From the human T2T-CHM13v2.0 reference genome, Homo sapiens, in assembly GCF_009914755.1 (NCBI RefSeq), contig NC_060948.1: a DNA stretch of 64,000 bases. One strand, given 5' to 3'. Numbering within the stretch: the first letter of the stretch is position 1; each line of letters starts with the position of its first letter. The position numbers and the translations under genes were made by a program. The notes under the pieces are model-generated. The model saw nothing but the letters and a program-made list of their open reading frames with translations. It had not been told where the DNA came from and ran no database searches. Shown here in pieces: positions 34,299 through 53,651 of the stretch.

Positions 34299-36426
34299 AG
34301 ATCCATATTTTTTAAATGAAAAAAAATTTCAAAGGTACTCTGCTTGGTACAATAATCAAATGTATAAACTGAGGAATAAAACATAACCATGAAACCTACT
34401 TATAACTGCATATGGAAAATACAGAGGATAATTTTTTAAATAACATATTTTGAAAGCCTTAACTAGTAATTTGAAGAGTTGGCATTTGAAAGGCCAGTAT
34501 GAATATACCTTCAAAGCAGCAACACAGGTTCCCCATGAGAAAAAGCAAACACAGGGAAAATAAAAACACAAAGGTTCAATCTCTTCTGACCTTTGAAAGA
34601 CACAGCACAGACAGTGGTCCTTAGGACGAAGAGCAGGAGACCCCTAATTCCGTCACCATGGCGATAGGGCATAAACATTGCTGGGTGAGGACACAATCCA
34701 CATTGTGAGGTCCAACTGCTGCCAGGAAGACAGGAGTGCTTTTACATAGACCGAAAGGTCATTGAAGGCTCAGAGTTTTGTTTCAAGAACTGAATCCCAA
34801 GCCCACACGTTATTAGGCTGCGCTTCTTAAAACAAGTTATGAGATGGGAAAAAGGGCACCCACAAACATACGTATACATTATGTATATAATAATATACAG
34901 TATCATATATATAATATATATAACCTATGTATAATATTGTTTTACATCCTGCATCTTATGTTATATATATTGTATAAAATATAATAATTGATAATATATA
35001 AGTTTTATAATTATACAATAAGACATATAGTATATATTATAATTTGTGACATATATAATATATGTTATATGTCATATATAGAATATATTATACGGTTAAT
35101 ATACGTATTAAAAATAAATTATACATTATATATATTATATATATTATATCTGTTATATATAATACTCATTATGCATAATATATATATTATGTCTATGTTA
35201 TATATAGTATAAAACAACATATAATAATATATAATTGTATATATAAAATGCGACATATAATATATATTATATTTTATAACATATGTAATATATATTATAT
35301 ATTATATATAATACGTTGTATGTATAATACCTATATTAAATATATATTATATGACTATGTTATTAATTACATGTCACATGTGTTATATATTATATATTTT
35401 ACATAGAATATACCGGTTACATACAATATATACTATGTTACCTATAATGTATAATTTATTACATGTAAAATAAAGAATGCAATATATTATGTATAATTTA
35501 TAATATACCATATGTGGAATGTGATATATATAACATATAATATATGATATATGATATACAGTATATGATATATAACATACAATATATGATTCCTAATATA
35601 TATGGTATACAATATATATTTTATGATATGTATTCTATATGTTTTATATTCTGTTATATATAACTATTTGAAATTATATATAACTGTATAATATTTTATG
35701 TAAATATGTAATATAATATATATAACTATATAATATATTATATATAACTATATATTATGTTATATATACTTTTATAACATAATTTACATAAAATATCATA
35801 ATATAATATATATTATATTATTTCATATTACATAATATATATTACATATCACCCAATATAACTAACATACATAATATTATAATATAGATTATATTGTGTT
35901 ATATTAAATATCATATATATCATGTATCATATATTCTATAATATATATTACACATTATATAATATGTATGTTGTCTATTATGTGATATACATAACTATAT
36001 ATATAATTATATTTTTATACATATAACTAGATAAACATGTAATTCTACATATTTTCATTTATAATATGTAGAATTATATAATCATATATAATTATTTATA
36101 TTCTATAAAAAATTTTATCATTATATAAATTATAATATATAAAAATTATAATATGTACTACAAATATATATGTTATATATCATATATGATATAGTACCTT
36201 TGTTATATATCATAATACATATAAATGTGTATTATGTTATCTATAATTATATAATTTCATATATAAGATGTATAATATGTATCATATATTATATATGTTA
36301 TGTAATATATATAGTATATATAAGATGACACAGGATAAATATTATATACTATGACATATAAAATATATGAGGTTATATGTTACATATAAGGCATAGCACA
36401 TAACATGTAATATATATCACATATAA

Positions 36427-36718
36427 TTTTTTTTTAGACAGAATCTTGTCCTGTTGCACAGGGTGGGGTACAATGGCGCCATCTTTGCTCACTGCAACTT
36501 CTGCCTCACGGGTCCAAGCGATTGTCCTCCCTCAGCCTCCCAGGTAGCTGGGACTACACCACACTGGGACTACACCAGCTGCCACCATGCCTAGCTAATT
36601 TTTTGGATTTTTAGTAGTGACAGCGTTTCACTGTATTGGCCAGGATGGTCTTGATCTCTTCACCTTGTGATCCCCTTGCCTTGGCCTCCAAATTTGCTGG
36701 GATTACAGGCCTGAGCCA
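36427..36718 (-). mobile_element. Alu within DYZ2 unit 16
   Basis: Near-identical copy of 140-431. Confidence 0.96.
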
Positions 36719-38823
36719 AGATCCATATTTTTTAAATGAAAAAAAATTTCAAAGGTACTCTGCTTGGTACAATAATCAAATGTATAAACTGAGGAATAAA
36801 ACATAACCATGAAACCTACTTATAACTGCATATGGAAAATACAGAGGATAATTTTTTAAATAACATATTTTGAAAGCCTTAACTAGTAATTTGAAGAGTT
36901 GGCATTTGAAAGGCCAGTATGAATATACCTTCAAAGCAGCAACACAGGTTCCCCATGAGAAAAAGCAAACACAGGGAAAACAAAAACACAAAGGTTGAAT
37001 CTCTTCTGACCTTTGAAAGACACAGCACAGACAGTGGTCCTTAGGACGAAGAGCAGGAGACCCCTAATTCCGTCACCATGGCGATAGGGCATAAACATTG
37101 CTGGGTGAGGGCACAATCCACATTGTGAGGTCCAACTGCTGCCAGGAAGACAGGAGTGCTTTTACATAGACCGAAAGGTCATTGAAGGCTCAGAGTTTTG
37201 TTTCAAGAACTGAATCCCAAGCCCACACGTTATTAGGCTGCGCTTCTTAAAACAAGTTATGAGATGGGAAAAAGGGCACCCACAAACATACGTATACATT
37301 ACGTATATAATAATATACAGTATCATATATATAATATATATAACCTATGTATAATATTGTTTTACATCCTGCATCTTATGTTATATATATTGTATAAAAT
37401 ATAATAATTGATAATATATAAGTTTTATAATTATACTATATGACATATAGTATATATTATAATTTATGACATATATAATATATGTTATATGTCATATATA
37501 GAATATATTATACGGTTAATATACGTATTAAATATAAATTATACATTATATATATTATATATAATATATCTGTTATATATAATACCCATTATGAATAATA
37601 TATATATTATGTCTATGTTATATATAGTATAAAACAACATATAATAATATATAATTGTATATATAAAATGCGACATATAATATATATTATATTTTATAAC
37701 ATATGTAATATATATTATATATTATATATAATACGTTGTATGTATAATACCTATATTAAATATATATTATATGACTATGTTATTAATTACATGTCACATG
37801 TGTTATATATTATATATTTTACATAGAATATACCGGTTACATACAATATATACTATGTTACCTATAATGTATAATTTATTACATGTAAAATAAAGAATGC
37901 AATATATTATGTATAATTTATAATATACAATATGTGGAATGTGATATATATAACATATAATATATGATATATGATATACAGTATATGATATATAACATAC
38001 AATATATGATTCCTAATATATATGGTATACAATATATATTTTATGATATGTATTCTATATGTTTTATATTCTGTTATATATAACTATTTGAAATTATATA
38101 TAACTGTATAATATTTTATGTAAATATGTAATATAATATATATAAATATATAATATATTATATATAACTATATATTATGTTATATATACTTTTATAACAT
38201 AATTTACATAAAATATCCTAATATAATATATATTATATTATTTCATATTACATAATATATAATACATATCACCCAATATAACTAACATACATAATATTAT
38301 AATATAGATTATATTATGTTATATTAAATATCATATATATCATGTATCATATATTCTATAATATATATTACACATTATATAATATATATGTTGTCTATTA
38401 TGTGATATATATAACTATATATATAATTATATTTTTATACATATAACTAGATAAACATGTAATTCTACATATTTTCATTTATAATATGTAGAATTATATA
38501 ATCATATATAATTATTTATATTCTATAAAAAATTTTATCATTATATAAATTATAATATATAAAAATTATAATATGTACTACAAATATATATATTATATAT
38601 CATATATGCTATAGTACCTTTGTTATATATCATAATACATATAAATGTGTATTATGTTATCTATAATTATATAATTTCATATATAAGTTGTATAATATGT
38701 ATCATATATTATATATGTTATGTAATATATATAGTATATATAAGATGACACAGGATAAATATTATATACTATGACATATAAAATATATGAGGTTATATGT
38801 TACATATAAGGCATAGCACATAA

Positions 38824-39138
<315 letters not shown>

Positions 39139-41243
39139 AGATCCATATTTTTTAAATGAAAAAAAATTTCAAAGGTACTCTGCTTGGTACAATAATCAAA
39201 TGTATAAACTGAGGAATAAAACATAACCATGAAACCTACTTATAACTGCATATGGAAAATACAGAGGATAATTTTTTAAATAACATATTTTGAAAGCCTT
39301 AACTAGTAATTTGAAGAGTTGGCATTTGAAAGGCCAGTATGAATATGCCTTCAAAGCAGCAACACAGGTTCCCCATGAGAAAAAGCAAACACAGGGAAAA
39401 TAAAAACACAAAGGTTCAATCTCTTCTGACCTTTGAAAGACACAGCACAGACAGTGGTCCTTAGGACGAAGAGCAGGAGACCCCTAATTCCGTCACCATG
39501 GCGATAGGGCATAAACATTGCTGGGTGAGGGCACAATCCACATTGTGAGGTCCAACTGCTGCCAGGAAGACAGGAGTGCTTTTACATAGACCGAAAGGTC
39601 ATTGAAGGCTCAGAGTTTTGTTTCAAGAACTGAATCCCAAGCCCACACGATATTAGGCTGCGCTTCTTAAAACAAGTTATGAGATGGGAAAAAGGGCACC
39701 CACAAACATACGTATACATTATGTATATAATAATATACAGTATCATATATATAATATATATAACCTATGTATAATATTGTTTTACATCCTGCATCTAATG
39801 TTATATATATTGTATAAAATATAATAATTGATAATATATAAGTTTTATAATTATACAATATGACATATAGTATATATTATAATTTATGACATATATAATA
39901 TATGTTATATGTCATTTATAGAATATATTATACGGTTAATATACGTATTAAATATAAATTATACATTATATATATTATATATAATATATCTGTTATATAT
40001 AATACCCATTATGCATAATATATATATTATGTCTATGTTATATATAGCATAAAACAACATATAATAATATATAATTTTATATATATAATGCGACATATAA
40101 TATATATTATATTTTATTACATATGTAATATATATTATATATTATATATAATACGTTGTATGTATAATACCTATATTAAATATATATTATATGACTATGT
40201 TATTAATTACATGTCACATGCGTTATATATTATATATTTTATATAGAATATACCGGTTACATACAATATATACTATGTTACCTATAATGTATAATTTATT
40301 ACATGTAAAACAAAGAATGCAATATATTATGTAAAATTTATAGTATACCATATGTGGAATGTGATATATATAACATATAATATATGATATATGATGTACA
40401 GTATATGATATATAACATACAATATATGATTCCTAATATATATGGTATACAATATATATTTTATGTTATGTATTCTATATGTTTTATATTCTGTTATATA
40501 TAACTATTTGAAATTATATATAACTGTATAATATTTTATGTAAATATGTAATATAATATATATAACTATATAATATATTATATATAACTATATATTATGT
40601 TATATATACTTTTATAACATAATTTACATAAAATATCATAATATAATATATGTTATATTATTTCATATTACATAATATATATTACATATCACCCAATATA
40701 ACTAACATACATAATATTATAATATAGATTATATTATGTTATATTAAATATCATATATATCATGTATCATATATTCTATAATATATATTACACATTATAT
40801 AATATGTATGTTGTCTATTATGTGATATATATAACTATATATATAATTATATTTTTATACATATAACTAGATAAACATGTAATTCTACATATTTTCATTT
40901 ATAATATGTAGAATTATAAAATCATATATAATTATTTATATTCTATAAAAAATTTTATCATTATATAAATTATAATATATAAAAATTATAATATGTACTA
41001 CAAATATATATATTATATATCATATATGATATAGTACCTTTGTTATATTTCATAATACATATAAATGTGTATTATGTTATCTATAATTATATAATTTCAT
41101 ATATAAGATGTATAATGTGTATCATATATTATATATGTTATGTAATATATATAGTATATATAAGATGACACAGGATAAATATTATATACTATGACATATA
41201 AAATATATGAGGTTATATGTTACATATAAGGCATAGCACATAA

Positions 41244-41558
<315 letters not shown>

Positions 41559-43684
41559 AGATCCATATTTTTTAAATGAAAAAAAATTTCAAAGGTACTC
41601 TGCTTGGTACAATAATCAAATGTATAAACTGAGGAATAAAACATAACCATGAAACCTACTTATAACTGCATATGGAAAATACAGAGGATAATTTTTTAAA
41701 TAACATATTTTGAAAGCCTTAACTAGTAATTTGAAGAGTTGGCATTTGAAAGGCCAGTATGAATATACCTTCAAAGCAGCAACACAGGTTCCCCATGAGA
41801 AAAAGCAAACACAGGGAAAATAAAAACACAAAGGTTCAATCTCTTCTGACCTTTGAAAGACACAGCACAGACAGTGGTCCTTAGGACGAAGAGCAGGAGA
41901 CCCCTAATTCCGTCACCATGGCGATAGGGCATAAACATTGCTGGGTGAGGGCACAATCCACATTGTGAGGTCCAACTGCTGCCAGGAAGACAGGAGTGCT
42001 TTTACATAGACCGAAAGGTCATTGAAGGCTCAGAGTTTTGTTTCAAGAACTGAATCCCAAGCCCACACGTTATTAGGCTGCGCTTCTTAAAACAAGTTAT
42101 GAGATGGGAAAAAGGGCACCCAGAAACATACGTATACATTATGTATATAATAATATACAGTATCATATATATAATATATATAACCTATGTATAATATTGT
42201 TTTACATCCTGCATCTTATGTTATATATATTGTATAAAATATAATAATTGATAATATATAAGTTTTATAATTATACAATATGACATATAGTATATATTAT
42301 AATTTATGACATATATAATATATGTTATATGTCATATATAGAATATATTATACGGTTAATATACGTATTAAATATAAATTATACATTATATATATTATAT
42401 ATAATATATCTGTTATATATAATACCCATTATGCATAATATATATATTATGTCTATGTTATATATAGTATAAAACAACATATAATAATATATAATTGTAT
42501 ATATAAAATGCGACATATAATATATATTATATTTTATAACATATGTAATATATATTATATATTATATATAATACGTTGTCTGTATAATACCTATATTAAA
42601 TATATATTATATGACTATGTTATTAATTACATGTCACATGTGTTATATATTATATATTTTACATAGAATATACCGGTTACATACAATATATACTATGTTA
42701 CCTATAATGTATAATTTATTACATGTAAAATAAAGAATGCAATATATTATGTAAAATTTATAATATACCATATGTGGAATGTGATATATATAACATATAA
42801 TATATGATATATGATATACAGTATATGATATATAACATACAATATATGATTCCTAATATATATGGTATACAATATATATTTTATGATATGTATTCTTTAT
42901 GTTTTATATTCTGTTATATATAACTATTTGAAATTATATATAACTGTATAATATTTTATGTAAATATGTAATATAATATATATAACTATATAATATATTA
43001 TATATAACTATATATTATGTTATATATACTTTTATAACATAATTTACATAAAATATCATAATATAATATATATTATATTATTTCATATTACATAATATAT
43101 ATTACATATCACCCAATATAACTAACATACATAATATTATAATATAGATTATATTATGTTATATTAAATATCATATATATCATGTATCATATATTCTATA
43201 ATATATATTACACATTATATAATATGTATGTTGTCTATTATGTGATATATATAACTATATATAATTATATTTTTATACATATAACTAGATAAACATGTAA
43301 TTCTACATATTTTCGTTTATAATATGTAGAATTATATAATCATATATAATTATTTATATTCTATAAAAAATTTTATCATTATATAAATTATAATATATAA
43401 AAATTATAATATGTACTACAAATATATATATTATATATCATATATGCTATAGTACCTTTGTTATATATCATAATACATATAAATGTGTATTATGTTATCT
43501 ATAATTATATAATTTCATATATAAGATGTATAATGTGTATCATATATTATATATGTTATGTAATCTATATAGTATATATAAGATGACACAGGATAAATAT
43601 TATATACTATGACATATAAAATATATGAGGTTATATGTTACATATAAGGCATAGCACATAACATGTAATATATATCATATATAA

Positions 43685-43976
43685 TTTTTTTTTAGACAGA
43701 ATCTTGTCCTGTTGCACAGGGTGGGGTACAATGGCGCCATCTTTGCTCACTGCATCTTCTGCCTCACGGGTCCAAGCGATTGTCCTCCCTCAGCCTCCCA
43801 GGTAGCTGGGACTACACCACACTGGGACTACACCAGCTGCCACCATGCCTAGCTAATTATTTGGATTTTTAGTAGTGACAGCGTTTCACTGTATTGGCCA
43901 GGATGGTCTTGACCTCTTCACCTTGTGATCCCCTTGTCTTGGCCTCCAAATTTGCTGTGATTACAGGCCTGAGCCA
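43685..43976 (-). mobile_element. Alu within DYZ2 unit 19
   Basis: Copy of 140-431, B-type variant (TGCATC, TAATTATTTGG, TTGACC). Confidence 0.96.
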
Positions 43977-46078
43977 AGATCCATATTTTTTAAATGAAAA
44001 AAAATTTCAAAGGTACTCTGCTTGGTACAATAATCAAATGTATAAACTGAGGAATAAAACATAACCATGAAACCTACTTATAACTGCATATGGAAAATAC
44101 AGAGGATAATTTTTTAAATAACATATTTTGAAAGCCTTAACTAGTAATTTGAAGAGCTGGCATTTGAAAGGCCAGTATGAATATACCTTCAAAGCAGCAA
44201 CACAGGTTCCCCATGAGAAAAAGCAAACACAGGGAAAATAAAACCACAAAGGTTCAATCTCTACTGACCTTTGAAAGACACAGCACAGACAGTGGTCCTT
44301 AGGACGAAGAGCAGGAGACCCCTAATTCCGTCACCATGGCGATAGGGCATAAACATTGCTGGGTGAGGGCACAATCCACATTGTGAGGTCCAACTGCTGC
44401 CAGGAAGACAGGAGTGCTTTTACATAGACCGAAAGGTCATTGAAGGCTCAGAGTTTTCTTTCAAGAACTGAATCCCAAGCCCACACGTTATTAGGCTGCG
44501 CTTCTTAAAACAAGTTATGAGATGGGAAAAAGGGCACCCACAAACATACGTATACATTATGTATATAATAATATACAGTATCATATATATAATATATATA
44601 ACCTATGTATAATATTGTTTTACATCCTGCATCTTATGTTATATATATTGTATAAAATATAATAATTGATAATATATAAGTTTTATAATTATACAATATG
44701 ACATATAGTATATATTATAATTTATGACATATATAATATATGTTATATGTCATATATAGAATATATTATACGGTTAATATACGTATTAAATATAAATTAT
44801 ACATTATATATATTATATATAATATATCTGTTATATATAATACCCATTATGCATAATATATATATTATGTCTATGTTATATATAGTATAAAACAACATAT
44901 AATAATATATAATTGTATATATAAAATGCGACATATAATATATATTATATTTTATAACATATGTAATATATATTATATATTATATATAATACGTTGTATG
45001 TATAATACCTATATTAAATATATATTATATGACTATGTTATTAATTACATGTCACATGTGTTATATATTATATATTTTACATAGAATATACCGGTTACAT
45101 ACAATATATACTATGTTACCTATAATGTATAATTTATTACATGTAAAATAAAGAATGCAATATATTATGTATAATTTATAATATACCATATGTGGAATGT
45201 GATATATATAACATATAATATATGATATATGATATACAGTATATGATATATAACATACAATATATGATTCCTAATATATATGGTATACAATATATATTTT
45301 ATGATATGTATTCTATATGTTTTATATTCTGTTATATATAACTATTTGAAATTATATATAACTGTATATTTTATGTAAATATGTAATATAATATATATAA
45401 CTATATAATATATTATATATAACTATATATTATGTTATATATACTTTTATAACATAATTTACATAAAATATCATAATATAATATATATTATATTATTTCA
45501 TATTACATAATATATATTACATATCACCCAATATAACTAACATACATAATATTATAATATAGATTATATTATGTTATATTAAATATCATATATATCATGT
45601 ATTATATATTCTATAATATATATTACACATTATATAATATGTATGTTGTCTATTATGTGATATATATAACTATATATATAATTATATTTTTATACATATA
45701 ACTAGATAAACATGTAATTCTACATATTTTCATTTATAATATGTAGAATTATAAAATCATATATAATTATTTATATTCTATAAAAAATTTTATCATTATA
45801 TAAATTATAATATTTAAAAATTATAATATGTACTACAAATATATATATTATATATCATATATGATATAGTACCTTTGTTATATTTCATAATACATATAAA
45901 TGTGTATTATGTTATCTATAATTATATAATTTCATATATAAGATGTATAATGTGTATCATATATTATATATGTTATGTAATATATATAGTATATATAAGA
46001 TGACACAGGATAAATATTATATACTATGACATATAAAATATATGAGGTTATATGTTACATATAAGGCATAGCACATAA

Positions 46079-46393
<315 letters not shown>

Positions 46394-48519
46394 AGATCCA
46401 TATTTTTTAAATGAAAAAAAATTTCAAAGGTACTCTGCTTGGTACAATAATCAAATGTATAAACTGAGGAATAAAACATAACCATGAAACCTACTTATAA
46501 CTGCATATGGAAAATACAGAGGATAATTTTTTAAATAACATATTTTGAAAGCCTTAACTAGTAATTTGAAGAGTTGGCATTTGAAAGGCCAGTATGAATA
46601 TACCTTCAAAGCAGCAACACAGGTTCCCCATGAGAAAAAGCAAACACAGGGAAAATAAAAACACAAAGGTTCAATCTCTTCTGACCTTTGAAAGACACAG
46701 CACAGACAGTGGTCCTTAGGACGAAGAGCAGGAGACCCCTAATTCCGTCACCATGGCGATAGGGCATAAACATTGCTGGGTGAGGGCACAATCCACATTG
46801 TGAGGTCCAACTGCTGCCAGGAAGACAGGAGTGCTTTTACATAGACCGAAAGGTCATTGAAGGCTCAGAGTTTTGTTTCAAGAACTGAATCCCAAGCCCA
46901 CACGTTATTAGGCTGCGCTTCTTAAAACAAGTTATGAGATGGGAAAAAGGGCACCCACAAACATACGTATACATTATGTATATAATAATATACAGTATCA
47001 TATATATAATATATATAACCTATGTATAATATTGTTTTACATCCTGCATCTTAGGTTATATATATTGTATAAAATATAATAATTGATAATATATAAGTTT
47101 TATAATTATACAATATGACATATAGTATATATTATAATTTATGACATATATAATATATGTTATATGTCATATATAGAATATATTATACGGTTAATATACG
47201 TATTAAATATAAATTATACATTATATATATTATATATAATATATCTGTTATATATAATACCCATTATGCATAATATATATATTATGTCTATGTTATATAT
47301 AGTATAAAACAACATATAATAATATATAATTGTATATATAAAATGCGACATATAATATATATTATATTTTATAACATATGTAATATATATTATATATTAT
47401 ATATAATACGTTGTCTGTATAATACCTATATTAAATATATATTATATGACTATGTTATTAATTACATGTCACATGTGTTATATATTATATATTTTACATA
47501 GAATATACCGGTTACATACAATATATACTATGTTACCTATAATGTATAATTTATTACATGTAAAATAAAGAATGCAATATATTATGTAAAATTTATAATA
47601 TACCATATGTGGAATGTGATATATATAACATATAATATATGATATATGATATACAGTATATTATATATAACATACAATATATGATTCCTAATATATATGG
47701 TATACAATATATATTTTATGATATGTATTCTTTATGTTTTATATTCTGTTATATATAACTATTTGAAATTATATATAACTGTATAATATTTTATGTAAAT
47801 ATGTAATATAATATATATAACTATATAATATATTATATATAACTATATATTATGTTATATATACTTTTATAACATAATTTACATAAAATATCATAATATA
47901 ATATATATTATATTATTTCATATTACATAATATATATTACATATCACCCAATATAACTAACATACATAATATTATAATATAGATTATATTATGTTATATT
48001 AAATATCATATATATCATGTATCATATATTCTATAATATATATTACACATTATATAATATGTATGTTGTCTATTATGTGATATATATAACTATATATAAT
48101 TATATTTTTATACATATAACTAGATAAACATGTAATTCTACATATTTTCGTTTATAATATGTAGAATTATATAATCATATATAATTATTTATATTCTATA
48201 AAAAATTTTATCATTATATAAATTATAATATATAAAAATTATAATATGTACTACAAATATATATATTATATATCATATATGCTATAGTACCTTTGTTATA
48301 TATCATAATACATATAAATGTGTATTATGTTATCTATAATTATATAATTTCATATATAAGATGTATAATGTGTATCATATATTATATATGTTATGTAATC
48401 TATATAGTATATATAAGATGACACAGGATAAATATTATATACTATGACATATAAAATATATGAGGTTATATGTTACATATAAGGCATAGCACATAACATG
48501 TAATATATATCATATATAA

Positions 48520-48811
48520 TTTTTTTTTAGACAGAATCTTGTCCTGTTGCACAGGGTGGGGTACAATGGCGCCATCTTTGCTCACTGCATCTTCTGCCTC
48601 ACGGGTCCAAGCGATTGTCCTCCCTCAGCCTCCCAGGTAGCTGGGAATACACCACACTGGGACTACACCAGCTGCCACCATGCCTAGCTAATTATTTGGA
48701 TTTTTAGTAGTGACAGCGTTTCACTGTATTGGCCAGGATGGTCTTGACCTCTTCACCTTGTGATCCCCTTGCCTTGGCCTCCAAATTTGCTGGGATTACA
48801 GGCCTGAGCCA
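48520..48811 (-). mobile_element. Alu within DYZ2 unit 21
   Basis: Copy of 140-431, B-type variant. Confidence 0.96.
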
Positions 48812-50939
48812 AGATCCATATTTTTTAAATGAAAAAAAATTTCAAAGGTACTCTGCTTGGTACAATAATCAAATGTATAAACTGAGGAATAAAACATAAC
48901 CATGAAACCTACTTATAACTGCATATGGAAAATACAGAGGATAATTTTTTAAATAACATATTTTGAAAGCCTTAACTAGTAATTTGAAGAGCTGGCATTT
49001 GAAAGGCCAGTATGAATATACCTTCAAAGCAGCAACACAGGTTCCCCATGAGAAAAAGCAAACACAGGGAAAATAAAACCACAAAGGTTCAATCTCTACT
49101 GACCTTTGAAAGACACAGCACAGACAGTGGTCCTTAGGACGAAGAGCAGGAGACCCCTAATTCCGTCACCATGGCGATAGGGCATAAACATTGCTGGGTG
49201 AGGGCACAATCCACATTGTGAGGTCCAACTGCTGCCAGGAAGACAGGAGTGCTTTTACATAGACCGAAAGGTCATTGAAGGCTCAGAGTTTTCTTTCAAG
49301 AACTGAATCCCAAGCCCACACGTTATTAGGCTGCGCTTCTTAAAACAAGTTATGAGATGGGAAAAAGGGCACCCACAAACATACGTATACATTATGTATA
49401 TAATAATATACAGTATCATATATATAATATATATAACCTATGTATAATATTGTTTTACATCCTGCATCTTATGTTATATATATTGTATAAAATATAATAA
49501 TTGATAATATATAAGTTTTATAATTATACAATATGACATATAGTATATATTATAATTTATGACATATATAATATATGTTATATGTCATATATAGAATATA
49601 TTATACGGTTAATATACGTATTAAATATAAATTATACATTATATATATTATATATAATATATCTGTTATATATAATACCAATTATGCATAATATATATAT
49701 TATGTCTATGTTATATATAGTATAAAACAACATATAATAATATATAATTGTATATATAAAATGCGACATATAATATATATTATATTTTATAACATATGTA
49801 ATATATATTATATATTATATATAATACGTTGTATGTATAATACCTATATTAAATATATATTATATGACTATGTTATTAATTACATGTCACATGTGTTATA
49901 TATTATATATTTTACATAGAATATGCCGGTTACATACAATATATACTATGTTACCTATAATGTATAATTTATTACATGTAAAATAAAGAATGCAATATAT
50001 TATGTAAAATTTATAATATACCATATGTGGAATGTGATATATATAACATTTAATATATGATATATGATGTACAGTATATGATATATAACATACAATATAT
50101 GATTCCTAATATATATGGTATACAATATATATTTTATGATATGTATTCTATATGTTTTATATTCTGTTATATATAACTATTTGAAATTATATATAACTGT
50201 ATAATATTTTATGTAAATATGTAATATAATATATATAACTATATAATATATTATATATAACTATATATTATGTTATATATACTTTTATAACATAATTTAC
50301 ATAAAATATCATAATATAATATATATTATATTATTTCATATTACATAAAATATATTACATATCACCCAATATAACTAACATACATAATATTATAATATAG
50401 ATTATATTATGTTATAATAAATATCATATATATCATATATCATATATTCTATAATATATATTACACATTATATAATATGTATGTTGTCTATTATGTGATA
50501 TATATAACTATATATATAATTATATTTGTATACATATAACTAGATAAACATGTAATTCTACATATTTTCATTTATAATATGTAGAATTATATAATCATAT
50601 ATAATTATTTATATTCTATAAAAAATTTTATCATTATATAAATTATAATATATAAAAATTATAATATGTACTACAAATATATATATTATATATCATATAT
50701 GATATAGTACCTTTGTTATATATCATAATACATATAAATGTGTATTATGTTATCTATAATTATATAATTTCATATATAAGTTGTATAATATGTATCATAT
50801 ATTATATATGTTATGTAATATATATAGTATATATAAGATGACACAGGATAAATATTATATACTATGACATATAAAATATATGAGGTTATATGTTACATAT
50901 AAGGCATAGCACATAACATGTAATATATATCATATATAA

Positions 50940-51231
50940 TTTTTTTTTAGACAGAATCTTGTCCTGTTGCACAGGGTGGGGTACAATGGCGCCATCTTTG
51001 CTCACTGCAAATTCTGCCTCACGGGTCCAAGCGATTGTCCTCCCTCAGCCTCCCAGGTAGCTGGGACTACACCACACTGGGACTACACCAGCTGCCACCA
51101 TGCCTAGCTAATTATTTGGATTTTTAGTAGTGACAGCGTTTCACTGTATTGGCCAGGATGGTCTTGATCTCTTCACCTTGTGATCCCCTTGCCTTGGCCT
51201 CCAAATTTGCTGGGATTACAGGCCTGAGCCA
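50940..51231 (-). mobile_element. Alu within DYZ2 unit 22
   Basis: Copy of 140-431, C-type variant (TGCAAATTC). Confidence 0.96.
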
Positions 51232-53359
51232 AGATCCGTATTTTTTAAATGAAAAAAAATTTCAAAGGTACTCTGCTTGGTACAATAATCAAATGTATAA
51301 ACTGAGGAATAAAACATAACCATGAAACCTACTTATAACTGCATATGGAAAATACAGAGGATAATTTTTTAAATAACATATTTTGAAAGCCTTAACTAGT
51401 AATTTGAAGAGTTGGCATTTGAAAGGCCAGTATGAATATACCTTCAAAGCAGCAACACAGGTTCCCCATGAGAAAAAGCAAACACAGGGAAAATAAAAAC
51501 ACAAAGGTTCAATCTCTTCTGACCTTTGAAAGACACAGCACAGACAGTGGTCCTTAGGACGAAGAGCAGGAGACCCCTAATTCCGTCACCATGGCGATAG
51601 GGCATAAACATTGCTGGGTGAGGGCACAATCCACATTGTGAGGTCCAACTGCTGCCAGGAAGACAGGAGTGCTTTTACATAGACCGAAAGGTCATTGAAG
51701 GCTCAGAGTTTTGTTTCAAGAACTGAATCCCAAGCCCACACGTTATTAGGCTGCGCTTCTTAAAACAAGTTATGAGATGGGAAAAAGGGCACCCACAAAC
51801 ATACGTATACATTATGTATATAATAATATACAGTATCATATATATAATATATATAACCTATGTATAATATTGTTTTACATCCTGCATCTAATGTTATATA
51901 TTTTGTATAAAATATAATAATTGATAATATATAAGTTTTATAATTATACAATATGACATATAGTATATATTATAATTTATGACATATATAATATATGTTA
52001 TATGTCATATATAGAATATATTATACGGTTAATATACGTATTAAATATAAATTATACATTATATATATTATATATAATATATCTGTTATATATAATACCC
52101 ATTATGCATAATATATATATTATGTCTATGTTATATATAGTATAAAACAACATATAATAATATATAATTGTATATATAAAATGCGACATATAATATATAT
52201 TATATTTTATAACATATGTAATATATATTATATATTATATATAATACGTTGTATGTATAATACCTATATTAAATATATATTATATGACTATGTTATTAAT
52301 TACATGTCACATGTGTTATATATTATATATTTTACATAGAATATACCGGTTACATACAATATATACTATGTTACCTATAATGTATAATTTATTACATGTA
52401 AAATAAAGAATGCAATATATTATGTATAATTTATAATATACCATATGTGGAATGTGATATATATAACATATAATATATGATATATGATATACAGTATATG
52501 ATATATAACATACAATATATGATTCCTAATATATATGGTATACAATATATATTTTATGATATGTATTCTATATGTTTTATATTCTGTTATATATAACTAT
52601 TTGAAATTATATATAACTGTATAATATTTTATGTAAATATGTAATATAATATATATAACTATATAATATATTATATATAACTATATATTATGTTATATAT
52701 ACTTTTATAACATAATTTACATAAAATATCATAATATAATATATATTATATTATTTCATATTACATAATATATATTACATATCACCCAATAAAACTAACA
52801 TACATAATATTATAATATAGATTATATTGTGTTATATTAAATATCATATATATCATGTATCATATATTCTATAATATATATTACACATTATATAATATGT
52901 ATGTTGTCTATTATGTGATATATATAACTATATATATAATTATATTTTTATACATATAACTAGATAAACATGTAATTCTACATATTTTCATTTATAATAT
53001 GTATAATTATATAATCATATATAATTATTTATATTCTATAAAAAATTTTATCATTATATAAATTATAATATATAAAAATTATAATATGTACTACAAATAT
53101 ATATATTATATATCATATATGATATAGTACCTTTGTTATATTTCATAATACATATAAATGTGTATTATGTTATCTATAATTATATAATTTCATATATAAG
53201 ATGTATAATATGTATCATATATTATATATGTTATGTAATATATATAGTATATATAAGATGACACAGGATAAATATTATATACTATGACATATAAAATATA
53301 TGAGGTTATATGTTACATATAAGGCATAGCACAGAACATTTAATATATATCATATATAA

Positions 53360-53651
<292 letters not shown>

